Assembly (NCBI GenBank): GCA_002104945.1
Contig: MCFH01000007.1
Location: 124,001-188,000, forward strand
DNA length: 64,000 nt
Reading direction: 5' to 3'
DNA from: Piromyces finnis finn
Taxonomy: Eukaryota; Fungi; Neocallimastigomycota
Each line of letters begins with the position of its first letter. Within the stretch, counting starts at the first letter, position 1. Below the pieces are notes generated by a model that saw only the letters and a program-made list of their open reading frames with translations, did no database searches and was not told the DNA's origin. Positions 1 through 18,542 of the stretch are shown here, in pieces. The translations under genes were made by a program, and so were the position numbers.

Positions 1-4273
<4,273 letters not shown>

Positions 4274-4406
4274 TTCTATAAATAGACCATCATACAAAAA
4301 AAAAAAAAAAAAAAAAGATGGCATATATATCTAAAGATAAATTTTTTTTATTTTTATCTTTTTAAATTAATATAAAATAAAATAAAATATATTTATTGTT
4401 TATACT

Positions 4407-4437
<31 letters not shown>

Positions 4438-4785
4438 AATAAATTTAAAATTTTTAAACTTTATAAAATAAAACCTTTTCATCACTACTTTTAATTTTAA
4501 AATTTTTTAACTTATAAATAGAAATTTCGAAATTTACATCATTAAAAGTTCAAAGTGAATCATTAATATAATTATTTTTTGAAACAATACTAATCTCAAA
4601 AATAGTAATAATCCTAATTAAAATAACAGTCATGTTAAAATGAATGACTCTATATTAGAGAAAATAATATTTAATACATTCATGACTCTAAATTTATTTT
4701 TGTTTTATTTTTATCTTATTTTTTTTTTCATCAAATCTAATCCAATCTATAATCGTGTCTTTTATTGGAGTTATATAAATAAATG

Positions 4786-5213
4786 ATTATTAATGTGCAT
4801 GATTATACTAATGTATGCAATAAAATATTTAAATTTCTTCTTGGGAGAAGTTTTGATAATATCAATTACAACTCAAGGGAATGGAAAGAACTTTGCAAGT
4901 GTCAGATTCAACCGGGCACTTATGAAGGAACACCACTCTTGACGGTAACAGCAAAACTTCCAAAATCATGCCTTTTACTATTGGCCAGCAATGTTCAATG
5001 TTCAAAAGGTTTGAAGCAACAGTCAAAAGCGTCAATGTTGAAGAAACAGTAAGACAGGCCAGGAGGGCCAATGCAACCAATAGAAATCATAATTTTGTCC
5101 CATGACAAAATTTTGATCTTTGACTTGGTGTCAAATACAATTATTATACTTTAGTATAATAGTGGCTTTTTTACTTTAATTAAAATCGCTAGAATACATT
5201 TTACCCAATTTTT
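4786..5213 (+). mobile_element. 5'-truncated, degenerate 3' fragment of the same non-LTR retrotransposon family as 49567-52121
   Basis: By-eye alignment to the reverse complement of ~49567-50010 gives roughly 85% identity, covering the ORF C-terminus (INVHDY...KIFKFLLG...REWKELC...) and the 3'UTR. It has a 3-nt deletion (GGR to GR) and a 4-nt frameshifting deletion (aaactt-ccaaaa versus aaacttttaaccaaaa). Confidence 0.9.
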
Positions 5214-6867
5214 GTTCATTTGTGTTTATTTAAACATATTTTTTTAATTTTACTTTTTTATTTTTATTTTTAATTTTATTTTTTATAATATGTAATATAA
5301 TTTTAATAATAAAACTTATAAATATTTGATATCGTTAAAAAAAATATATATATAAATAAATACATCAAAAAAAAAAAAGTATTTTTAAACTCTGTTTTTT
5401 ATATAAAAACAAATTTTAATAAATAATTCTTAATTGTCTTTAAATAATATATATCCTTTATTATTAATTTATTATATAACTTTTTAATATTTTATATATA
5501 TATTTTTAAAAATAAAACAATTTTATATAACAGCCTATAGATAGAATATTTGGATATATAAAATATATAGATCTTTTTACTCCAATAAATTATTAAAGTT
5601 AAATATATTACCAAGAAAATAAAAAAAAAAAAAAAAGATAACCTATTTTAAATTATTAAGGTTTATAATAAAATGACCATTATGATTAATATGATATTAT
5701 TCTTAATTATTTACTACAGTGTTCGCCTCACTCACCCACACTCCCTTCTATTAGATCTTTTATATTTATAAATAAAAAAAAAAGGTTATTATGTATGATC
5801 AAATATATTATTTTATATTATTAATATACAACTTCTTTTTATTTATTAATTATTCTTTTTATATCATTAAAAATTTTTTTTTAATTTTTTACCATAATTA
5901 GAATATAAATTCGTAACTAATGCTTCACTTAACTTTTTATTTCTCTTTGGTATAATTCTTAAATAATATTAATATAATTATAATATCAAATATTTTGATA
6001 TAAAGAAATATTTATTTATTAAAATAACTTAAAAATTGTGTTTTTTCTTTTTTTTATATTATGTTTAAATTAATAAATATAAAAGTTTAATAATTATTTA
6101 ATCTAAAAAAAAAACTTTTAATAGAAATTTAATATTTTTTAAATATATATTATTTCAATTATCCAATAATACATAAAACAAAAAAGTTTTTATTATATTA
6201 ATGTATTTAATGCATTATCATTTAAATCACCCCATTATTATTTAAAGGATGGATATTTAATTATAATTTATAATAATATATTCTTTTTTATATTTAAAAA
6301 GTTAATGATTTAAAAAAAGAAAAAATTTTTTTTTGATTTTGTTTATATTTAACTAACCAAAAAAAAAGGGTATGTTTTTTTTTTATGAATATTAAAAAGA
6401 GCTACTTCACAAGTACTTCCAGTAGGAATAAAAGGAAATGTTTTATTAAATTTTAATAAAATAGTTATGTTGTTCTTATTATTAATTTATAGACCTTTAT
6501 ATTGTTAATTTATATATAAAATAAAATTATTAATTTCTATTATTTTTAATTAATAATAGAAATTTATATATATTGCATTAGACTATTAATGAATAAATAA
6601 TAAAGGTTTGAAAGTATTGAAAATAATATTGTAATAGTTAGAACCATGTAGTTATTATGAGTATTTTTTTATTACGATTATGAATTTTCCATTATATATA
6701 TATATTTTTATTACCTACAACATTTCAATCTTTTTTAATTAGTCATTTTCTATTTATTTTTATTATCAGTAATAGAAATAGTAATAATGTTAATATTATT
6801 ATTACATAGTATTAATTATTATTATTTAAAAATAATATTACATATAACATAATAATAATAATAATTA

Positions 6868-6868
<1 letters not shown>

Positions 6869-6952
<84 letters not shown>
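6869..6952. repeat. (AAT)n microsatellite
   Basis: About 28 perfect AAT units in intergenic DNA. Confidence 0.95.
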
Positions 6953-6954
<2 letters not shown>

Positions 6955-6991
6955 AAAAAGATTTATGATATTATTATTACATTACTACCTA

Positions 6992-7025
6992 CACCATAGT
7001 ATGTATATATATACATACTATGGTG
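6992..7025. repeat. Perfect 34-bp palindrome
   Basis: caccatagtatgtatatatatacatactatggtg is identical to its own reverse complement. Confidence 0.95.
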
Positions 7026-8379
7026 GGTGGTATATATTATTAATATATTAATTAATTTATAATTTAATTCAATAATAAAAAAAAACAGAAAAAAACAATT
7101 AAATAATCTTGGCAATAATTTATATATATAAAATTTTTAATGGCAAAGTCAAAATCAGAATTAAAAAAAAAAATGTCAAAGACAAAATACATAATGTATT
7201 TTAATTATAGCAACACAATACATTAATGTATCACGGAAAATTATTTTCAAAATTTTATATAGAAAAATCCAAATATATTATTTCTATTTAATAATATATA
7301 ATAATATATTATGTTATTTAATTTTTGTAAGGTACAATATATACTAACCAAAAAAATGTTATATGTTGTCTTTTTTTACCTTCATTTGAATTATTATTAA
7401 ATAAGGTTCTCAGCTTGAAATTAAATTAATTTTTATATATATTGTAATATAAAGGTATATATCTACAAAATAAATTATTTTGAATAAATAGGATTTAATC
7501 TTTTGTGTATTGTCTTTTTGTATAAAATCAATAAAAATTATTTCTATAGAATATTAATATATAATAAACAAATAAAATTCATATAATATAATATATATGT
7601 AATAAATACAATACATATAATATAAATTGAATATATAGAATTTCCTTTTACAAAACAACAATTTTATTTTTTTCAATGTCATCAGATTTTATTCTTTTTA
7701 TATTCTTATTATATAATACTTTATAATTAAATATATTACATATATTAAATAGGATAATATATTTCTATTCTATTCTATTAATAATAAAATAATATTGAAT
7801 ATTAAATTAAAATTTTAATAAAATTTAAGAAATCTTACAATTCTATTCAATATATATTACATTATACTCTTACTATATAATAATATATTTTATTTTATGT
7901 TACATTTTTTTTATAATAAAAATTAAAAAGGTAAAAGTAACCTTTTCATGGAGATTTTTGGCGAATTTGTGGTTATTTTCTTTCTTTTTTTTTTTTTGGC
8001 TACTTTTTGCTTTTAGTTTTTGCTTTTTTTTTTTTTTTTGGTTAATCCATCTTTCATTTTATAATAATTAAAATTTCAATTTATCTTTATAAATAAAGCT
8101 AAAGTTAAAGTTTAAATGGTGATGCTAAGTCATTGATTCCATTTAGATACTACAGATTAGCTGTTATTTCTAGTACATTTTTATATAAGAATAAAATTTT
8201 AATAAAATTAGAATATTTTAATGCATTTTCAATATTTCTATAGGAAAAGTTAAAATAAGCATTTTTAAATTATTTAAAAGTAGAAATGCTTATTTTATTT
8301 TTATTAAAAAAAAAAGGATTAAAAAGGATTATCTATTAAGGTTTTAATTTTGTTATTTTCTTCTTCTTTACCTCCTCTC

Positions 8380-8400
8380 CTCCTCCTCCTCCTCCTCCTC
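8380..8400. repeat. (CCT)n microsatellite
   Basis: ctcctcctcctcctcctcctc in otherwise AT-rich intergenic DNA. Confidence 0.85.
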
Positions 8401-9176
8401 TTACCCTACCTTTTTAAAGTCTTTAAAAGAAAAAAAAATTTTTAAAGTTATTATTAATAAAATAAGTAAAAATGATTTGATAGGAAAAATTTAATATTTA
8501 AAATAATTAATAATTAAAATATTTAAAATTTAATATTAATAATATAAAAAAAAATCATATAAAAGCAATAAAAAATTCCAAATTAAAATTTTTATTATTT
8601 TTCATTTTTTTAAAAAAAAAATTAAATTATATATAAATTTGTAAGGAAAGATCTATTATATAATATAAAAATAATTAAAATAATTTTAAAGATCTACTAT
8701 CAAAAAGATAAAAGAAATAAAGAATTACATACTATTATAATAGTAAAGGAAGATTTATCATATAAATATAAACCATTTCTTTTTTTTTAATATAAATATT
8801 ATTTCAAATAAAATAATTGTGGAATTATTTTATCATACCAAGATATTATATTAAATAAAACACAAAATCTTGCAATTCTATAAAAATTATCAATTTAAAC
8901 TATTTTATATTTTAATTTATCTATTGAAGTAATAAACTTTGTAGTATAATAATATACCTTTTACATATTTGAAATCAATTATACCTAAAATACATTTTAA
9001 AGGTAGTCAAATATAACAGAAAAAAAATTAATAAGTGGATTTCATTTTAATAAAAATAAATTTTGTACTTGAAACAATAATTAATATATTTTTTTTATTT
9101 CTATATTTTCAAAATATAATAATAAAAAGTAATTATATCATTGAAAAGAATAATTTAAAAAAATATATATATCAAC

Positions 9177-10348
9177 ATGAATACTACTGAAGGTTTAAAT
9201 GTAACAAAAAGGTAAAGTGGGGAAAAAAGGAAAAAAGAAAAAAAAAATTAATATATAAATCAAAATTATAAAGAATAATTATATTAAATGCAATAAAAAC
9301 TTTATTATATAATAAAAACAGATTACAAAATGAATTGATGCAACTAATGGTATGCTCCTCTTTATTTTTTTTAAGCAATTTTATAATAAATGCATTTATT
9401 TTAATAGAAAAACAATATATATATTAAACTTTAGATGGCAGGAATACCTGGCGTTTCTGCATTCCCAGAATCTGATAATTTACTTAGTTGGGTTGGAACC
9501 ATTGAAGTAAATATTTTATAAAGTATTTTAAGCATTTTTTTTTTAAAAAAAAAAAATCAATAGTAATATACTAAAGAATTATTTAATATAATTTTATTCA
9601 ATATATAATTTTAAATTTTAACTGAAATAGGGTGCTCCAGGAACTGTATGTATTGTTTATAAAGTGAATCCATGTATTTAATTTATTGTTATTAATAAGT
9701 AATTATATTATTATTATTTGAAAGGTTTATCATGGATTATCTTATAAAATATCTTTAAAATTCCCTGTAAATTATCCATATTCTGCCCCAACCATAAAAT
9801 TTACTACTCCTTGTTTCCATCCAAATGTTGATTCTGAAGGTAATATATGTTTGGATATATTAAAGGTAATTTATATAAAATGAAAAAAAAAAAGAGTTTA
9901 AAATATATTATCATTAACTAACTCTATACTAATAAAATATTAAATAATTTAATTATGATAAATTAGGATAAATGGTCAGCTGTTTATAATGTTCAAACTA
10001 TTTTATTATCTCTTCAAAGTTTACTTGGAGGTAAATATATTTATATTTTATCATGAAATTATTGAAAATATATTATTTTTTTTATTAAGTGACCATTAAT
10101 TTATTTTACTAATACTGTATTTTTTATTATTAATAATAGAACCAAATAATGATAGTCCATTAAATACATATGCTGCTCAAATGTGGGATAAACCAGAAGG
10201 TATATTATAATAAAGTTTAATTTCAATTTTTATAAACTTTTATTAATGCAATCATTTTTTATTTTATTATTATGTTTATTAATTATTTTTTTTTTTTAAA
10301 TTAGAATTCAAAAAACATGTAATTAAGATTCATAATTCAGCTAATTAA
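9177..10348 (+). CDS. UBE2C: Ubiquitin-conjugating enzyme E2, UBE2C/UbcH10 (E2-C) type; about 8 exons
   Basis: Spliced translation: [12 protein letters not shown]|LQNELMQLM|[24 protein letters not shown]|GAPGT|[47 protein letters not shown]|[21 protein letters not shown]|[20 protein letters not shown]|[14 protein letters not shown]. The HPN motif and catalytic Cys (9848-9850) are intact. Confidence 0.92.
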
Positions 10349-11995
10349 ATATATTTCAGGAAATAATAGAAAAAGCCATTTCAAAAAATATATATGCTTT
10401 TACATACAAGTTATTAAATAAAAAACATAAAAATCCTTTAATTATTTTAAAGTCTATGAAAATTATCTTTAATTTTGTTAAATATTTAACAATTTTAATA
10501 TTGAGGAAAGTTTTTTTTATAAATCATTTTAATAAGAATGTTAAAGAATTAGAAAACTTCCTATTAAATTATAAAAATATTTAAAAATATTTTATATGTA
10601 TAATATCAAAATATCATTATATTATACATATTTTAATACTTTTTTTTAATATCTAAATAGAAACATATATTTATTAAATAACAGTGCAACAATAAAATAA
10701 AATTTTTTTTATTATAAATATATATATTTTTTGTATTCCACTGTAGTAAATTAAACTTTATAATAATAAACTTTTATTTTTGAGGTTATTAAAAATCTAA
10801 AAGATATTTAAGATTTAGTTATGTGGATAATATATATTTATTTTTTTTTTTAAAAAGAAAAAAGAAAAATTGCCATTTCTTTCTTTTTCTTTTATATTGA
10901 AATAAAAATTAGAATTATCAAAATTACAAGGCGCAAACAAATAAAATGTATATTCATAAATATATAAATATAAAAAACAATAAAATAAGAATATATACTT
11001 TATGTATATTAGACTTTTATAAAAATAATATAAATAACTTTTTGAGGGGCTAGGAATCTGGCCTTCCCAAATGACTGAGTTTAATATTTTAAAATAATTT
11101 TTTTTTTTTTTTTTTGAGTGGACTTTTTCTTCCAGTAGTATTACTATTGATTATCTTCATGAAAGAAAAAATGAAAAATTGTAATAGTAGTAATAACCAT
11201 TATAAAACTTTCTGTTAAAAAGTAAAGCTAAATAAATTTGTCAAAAAGAAAACCTTAATTATATTTTTTATATCAGACTTTAAGTTATAAATTTTTTTTT
11301 TTTTTTTCAATGACATATTTCTTTTATTATTAAGTATATAGTTTTAAAATTATTTTTGCATTATTTAAAATTGTATTATAAACATTTATTTTTTATCTTT
11401 TTTTTTAATCCTTTAAAAAAAAAAAAAACTATTATTTTACTGCGCAGATTTTAAAATTAAATATGAAAAAAAAAAAGAGTTTTTGAATTTCTTTTTGAAA
11501 ATATTGTTTTTACTTTTATAAGGCATTAACTCTATACTTTTCTTAAAAAGGTAAATATACCCAAATATTAATAAAAAGAAATATTTTTCCTTCCTTTTTT
11601 TCTCAATAATGTTTGTTTAAATAATTATTATCAAAAAAAAAAAAAAAAAGCAAATAACACAAAGTAAAAAAAAAAAAAAAACTTTTAATACTACAATTTA
11701 ATATTTTAAAAAAAAATAATAATAAATGTTTTTTCTGTAAAATTTTAATATAAAAAAATTATAAATTTTACAGAAAAAAAATATTTGATATTATGAATAA
11801 GTAAACATTTTTTTTTATTTTTCTATTTTTTTTTAATTTTTTATTTTTTTTTTTTTTAAATATATAATTAAAAAAAAGGTGGTTTAAACGAAAAATAGCT
11901 TTCCTTTTTTTATTATTATTATTATTCTTATTTTTTTTTAAAAGAAATAATCAAAACTATTTCAATATTTAACAATAGTATATAAAGGTATAAAA

Positions 11996-12026
<31 letters not shown>

Positions 12027-12403
12027 ATAATTCTTTAAAGTATAACAAATAAAATTTTTGGATTTTAAAATTAAATTTCAATCTTTTATTTTAATTAAAA
12101 TATAATGTCCTTTTTTTTTTTTTTTTCCTTCTCTCCAATATATATATATATATATTCAACAAAATAAAAAATAAACCTATTTATTATAAAATAATTGACA
12201 TTATATTTATAAAACTATATATTTTTATTTTTTTTCTACTAATATAATAATCATTACAAAGTTAAAACGTCAAGGTGTGTCCTTGTAGCTTAAAAAGAAA
12301 AACTATTTTAGGGGTGGTGGAAACACAAACAAATATCCCAATTCACAAAAAAATAAAAAAGGTCCCCAGTGGTAATAGTAATAATAACAATTTCAATAAT
12401 ACT

Positions 12404-13843
12404 ATGTCCTCTTCAGATTATATTTTAGAAAATGCTTCCGACATTGAACCTTTTGTCTTTGTATTAAATGAAAGGGAAAGACAACTGGTTGACCTTTTTA
12501 AAAATATTTGTGACTATATAAGTCAACAACAACCAGACCATCCTCCTATTACTGTTCGTTTTGTTGGTGGTTGGGTTAGAGATAAAGTAAGTAGAAAAAT
12601 TATATATAAAAGATTTTGAAATCTCATGAAATTTGAAAATGTCAATTTGTTTAAAAGAAACGATTTTTTTTTTTTTTTTTTATAACTATTGTTCATGAAA
12701 AATTAAGATTTTAAAAAAGGATATGAGATTCAAAATTATTTATCAGTTTATTTTTTATATATTTTAACTAAATCATATGAATTTGTTCTAAAGTTTTTAT
12801 TTTTTTTAATCTTAAATCATTATAATACATTTTATAATTAGTTATTAAATATTGACTGTGCAGATTTAGATGTTGCACTTGATACCATGTTGGGTCATGA
12901 ATTTGCCCTTTATGTAAATAAATATTTAAGTGAACAAAATTTAAGTTTGGAACATGTCCAGAAAATTGAATCTAACCCTGAAAAATCTAGACACTTGGAA
13001 ACAGCTAAAGGTTATATCTATGGTCAATGGATTGACTTTATCAACTTAAGAACAGAAACTTATTGTGAAGAAAGTAGAGTTCCAAATATGGTAAATAGAA
13101 TAAAAATAATAATTATAGTTATATTAATGACAGTAAAGAAAAGCCCAACAAAATTTTTTAATTTAAAAATTTAAAAAATTTCAGAAATTCAAAAAAAAAA
13201 AAAAAAAAAAAAACTTTTTTATTATATAAATAATTTAGTAATAAATAATATAACAATAATAATATTGTTTTTATTAACTTATTTTATCATTTGTTGTATA
13301 CTTTCATTTTTATTTTTTTTTTCAAATAAAATTTCCTGCTTTGTAGGAATTTGGTACTCCGGAAGAAGATGCATTTCGTCGCGATATTACCATTAATGCT
13401 TTATTTTACAATATTCAAACCAATCGCTTAGAAGATTTCACAGGAAAAGTAAGTACAATAAGGAATAGAAAAATATAGCTGGTTATAATAGATAAATAAT
13501 TTGTTACAATGAAAAACTGCTTTACCAATATAGACTTTTTTTTTGAATTAAATATATTTATTTAACATTCCTTTCTTTCTTTTTTTTTTTTATCATATTA
13601 AAGGGTATTGAAGATTTAAAAAATAAATTTATACGAACTCCATTATGTCCAAAGATTACATTTACAGAGGATCCTTTACGTATTTTAAGAACAGTTCGTT
13701 TTGCTAGTCGTTTAAACTTTAAATTATCAGATGATATTGCTGAAGCTGCACGTATTCCAGAAATCAAGGTAAGCAATAATTATAAAATATGAATTATTAT
13801 TATTACTTTATATTTTATATTATATAGTATATAGTATATACTA

Positions 13844-13882
<39 letters not shown>

Positions 13883-15280
13883 AAAAAAATAAAATAAAAC
13901 TTATTAATTTTCCTTCAATGACATTTATACTCATCATTTCTAAATTTTGTATATTTACGTTGTGATTTATAGCAAGCTCTTCAACATAAAGTCAGTCGTA
14001 GTCGTATTGGTAATGAAATTGACAAAATGTTAACTGGTGCTCATCCTGTATTGGCAATTCAATTTTTAAATAGCTTTAATTTATTAGATGTCATTATTGA
14101 CAAGCCAGAAACTCTTGATACCAATTTAGATTTATTTGATTATTCAGAAGCTGTAACTTCCCTAGAATGTACAGAATGGTAAATAGATAAAAGTCAAAAC
14201 AATTTTTATAAATTTAAATCATTTATTTACTTTATTATTCCCATTATTGTACATATTTATATGTCTTCCTTCATCTATTTTCCCATTTTTGCGAATAAGG
14301 GTATTATCCAAGACAAAATCCTTACAATTAGTTCCAAAAAAATATTATCCATTTACAGACAAGTTTTTAAGATTATTAAGATTTTCTGCTTTCCTTTTAC
14401 CATTTAGACATTATAATTATATGGAAAAGAGAAAGTCCTATAGCTATTGTAGATACATAATGAGAACTGGATTTCAAGTAAAAATTACAACTAATAATTA
14501 TAAAAATTTTAATATAGAACAAATATAAAAAATTATTTTTTTTATTTTGTCCAAAATTTTAAATAATTATTTTTTATTTTATTTTCATGATATAATTATT
14601 ACATAGCTTCCAAATAACGATACTAATGCTGTAGTTATCCTTCAAAAAAATATTGATGATATTATAAAGGTTATTCACACAAATATTAATGATCGAATTG
14701 CTATTGGTGACCTTATTACAAATACTGGTATATTGCCTGTATATGATGATTGGTCTGTTTCTCTTTTATTAGCTCTTATTACTGAATTAGTTACCACTCC
14801 AGATTGTACAGGTTTCTATAATCTTTTATTTATTTATTAAAATAATAATTATTAAAATTATGGATAAAGAATTGAAAAATTTATCAAATTAGTTTATTAT
14901 TAATTCATTATTATATTATTTATTTATAATTAGATGAAAAAAAGGAACAGATCTTGGAGAAATATAACCAATTAGCAAAGAATATTGATGATTTTGAATT
15001 AGGTGATGCCTGGAGTTGGAAGACAATTCTCGATGTAACTATTTAATTAATAGTTTATGAGGAAAAAAAAAAAAAATTAAATTACTAAATGTATATATGT
15101 ATTATCCTTTTTTTCTTTCTTTTATTAAAATAATAGGGTAAACATGCATTAGCTGTATTGAATATGAAACCAGGTCCAAAAACTAGAGCAATTATGACAT
15201 CTATAAAGCATTGGCAATTTTTAAATCCAAGGGGTACTGCTGAAGAATGTGAAGCTTGGTTAAAACAAACTTATCTTTAA
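12404..15280 (+). CDS. CCA1: Class II tRNA nucleotidyltransferase (CCA-adding enzyme); multi-exon
   Basis: Motifs RFVGGWVRDK|LL...DLDVAL, IDFINLRTETY, FGTPEEDAFRRDITINALFYN, DLKNKFIRTP, FTEDPLRILRTVRFASRL, and VSRSRIGNEIDKML. Stop TAA at 15278-15280. Confidence 0.93.
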
Positions 15281-16218
15281 AAAAAAAAAAAAAGAAAAGG
15301 ATAAAGATTATGGCAAAAGAAAAAAGAAATAATTAAATATTCAATATTTTATAATATTAAATAATTAATATTAAAACTTTTTATAAATTCTTATAAAAAT
15401 CATGATATTATTTTATAATTATTTTCTTTAATAATTTAAATAATTGTTTTTATCCCTTTTGTCATTATGACAAATATTAAATCTAATATTTAATAGAGAA
15501 ATTTCCTTTTTTTTTTTTTTTTTTTTTCTTCTTTTCTTCTTTTCTTCTAATTTTATTTTCTCTTTTTTTTTTTTTAATATATAATAATTCTATCTTTCAA
15601 TAAAACAGCTTTTTTTTTTTTATTTATTTAAAAAAATTAAAAAAAATTTAAAAAATATAATAAAATAACATAAATATTTTACAAAAAAAAAAAAAAAAAA
15701 AAAAAAGTGTTTTTAATGATAAATTATGTTAGAGAGTATGTAAAATTATGAAACTATATAAAAATGAAGATATTTATTGTATGAAAGAGGTTGATTGATA
15801 ATATATATACATATATATATATATTTTTTAAAAATAATTTTAATATGACCTTGACGATTCATATTGACAAAATAATTATATTATAAAATTTGTTAATATG
15901 ATCTTTTGAAATAAAATTATATTTTCAAAAAGAATTTAAAAATTTTAAAGTTTTTATTTTTTTTTGAATTTTTAAATTGATTTTATATAAAAAAAAGAAA
16001 ATGTATTATAATTTAAAGTTTGTTTTGGAAAAAAGAAAAGAATCCAAAAAAAATAAAGATAAAATAAAAAATGCTGCAGTCAATATTTTTTTTTTCTATT
16101 TTATTTTAAATTGAATTAAATTAGTCAAAAAAAAAAAGAAAAAGAAAAAAAAATCGTTATTATAAAATAGAATAAACCATTATTATTTGAAATTTGGATA
16201 AATAATTAAATTAACAAT

Positions 16219-17202
16219 ATGAAACCTATAAAAGTAATCATCATTTTCTTCTTTTTTCATTCCTTACCTTTTTATCATTGTCATAATTATTCTATAATTC
16301 TAATTATATCATTCCTTTTTTTTTTTTTTATTTAAAAATCATTATAATTAAATTTTAAAACTCTTCATTATGTATATTTTTTTTATTTAAACTATTAATT
16401 CAAATCAATATATGATAAAATCATTTTTATACCTATTCATTAGAATGTTAGAAATACACAGGAAAAAACTACACTAATAAAACTATCTAATGAAGGTAAA
16501 ATAAAAAATAAAAAAAAGTAGAAATAATTAAAAAAAAAAAATAATATTTTTCATTAATACAATTTCTCTATATATATAATATAATCATTATTATAAATAA
16601 AAAAATTTCTTTTGATAGATGATGATAGACCTTTACTAAATATTAATAAAGGACAATCTGATCGTTCCTTAATATTACCTTCACCTACAACGACAACGAC
16701 AACACCACCAACAGATCTTACTAAATATAACATAAAAAATAGACCTATCTCTGTATTTAATAAAACAACTTCTACACCTTCTATAGATTATGATGCTAGT
16801 CGACAAGAAATTGATGATTTTTTTTTTAATTCAGATACTTTACCAGATATTTCTAATAAAACAACTTATCCTCAACTTACAAATTCAACCCAAATAAATA
16901 AAAAAAAGAAATCATCTTCTACAACACAATCTTCTTCTTCAAGACCTTTAACGAGTTTAAGTAGTAAAAGTGCAACTCTCCCTTCTTCACTTGATACCTT
17001 AGATATAAAAAAAAAGAAGGGTACGCCTCAAAAGATAAGAAATTTAGAGGATGACGATGGAATATCAGAAAAAACCATGAATAAAAATTTATATGAAGAA
17101 AATGAAGAATGGCTTCTTAAAAATACCGATAAATTACTAAGAAATTTATTTGATAAACAAAAAAAATGGGAAGATACTAGAGTAAGTAATGGAAAAAAAT
17201 AA

Positions 17203-17245
<43 letters not shown>

Positions 17246-18507
17246 TTATGTATATGTATATATTGTATTGTTCTTCAATTTTTTCCTTTTTTTTTATTAA
17301 TTTTTTTGGGGATTAGTCAGAAATACAACATGATATTGAAAAAATAAAAAATGATGATGAATCTTTTGAAAGTAAAAATTTAGATGATGAAAAGGTATAA
17401 AGAATAAATAATAAAAATTAAAAAAAAATAAATAAAAAGAAATATAATCTTTTAAATTATTAATGTAATATAAATATTGGTTTATATATATTATACGAAA
17501 AAAAAAGGATATAGAAAAACAACAAAGAGAAGCTAAACGTAAAATTGAACAAGGTCTTAATAAAATAAAAAAATTAGATGAAATTTTGGAAAAAAAATAC
17601 AAAGTAATAATAATTCTACTATTAATAATATTTATGCAATTTAGTTTTTTTTTATTATTCTATTTAAAAATATTATTCTTATAAATTAACAAATAATCAT
17701 ATTTTATCAAATGATTAAATTATATAAATCGTACTATAACCATAAATATATATACTATTATTTTATAATGTTGTTGTTGTTTTTTGATTTTTTTTTTTTT
17801 TTTTGACTATTATATTTTTTAAATATTCCATTTTCAATTCAATTAGTATGAAAAAGAATTAAAAGAAAAAAATGGAAATGATTCAGGAAATAACTTTTTA
17901 TCAGAAACAGAAAAACAATTTTTATTAAAATATGATATTGAAGTTCCATCTACTTTACTAAAAGAAGAAGTTCTTAATCATCAACGAAAAATGAATAGTA
18001 TTGGAGAAAGTGATGAAGGAAAAAAGAATGAAGATTTTGAATTAAATGATTATAAAGATTTTTCTTCACCATCAACTATTAATAGACACATATTAAAACG
18101 ATTAGATAGTAAAGGAAGTACACATTCTTTAATACAATCACTATCCGTTGATTTTAAAAAAGAAATGGGTGATACTAGTGATACTATGCCAATGAACTCC
18201 GAAGGTGATAATAATAATAAAGATGAAGAAGAAAAAAAAGAAAATGAAGATATGGAATACTTTACGCCAACAAAACAAAATATTATTCAAAAAGTGGTTG
18301 ATTTTTCAGTAGAGAATAAGAAAGATAAAGATCGTTTAAGAGAAATTTTTTCAAATAAAACTTTCTTAACTGAAACAAAATCTTTACCCGTTTCTATGTT
18401 TATTTCAAAACCAGATATTGATGATATTGATATTGATTTAGATGATGATCCAGAATTATTACAATTAAAATTAGGTAATTATTTTTTTTTTAAAAAAAAA
18501 AAATAAA

Positions 18508-18542
<35 letters not shown>

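Noticed and set aside
5709-10751. 13-bp inverted pair atttactacagtg / cactgtagtaaat with Tc1-like TA|CAGTG ends enclosing UBE2C
   Set aside because: The inner sequences diverge right after CAGTG, the match extends outward rather than inward, and 13-mer matches are expected by chance in AT-rich 64 kb.
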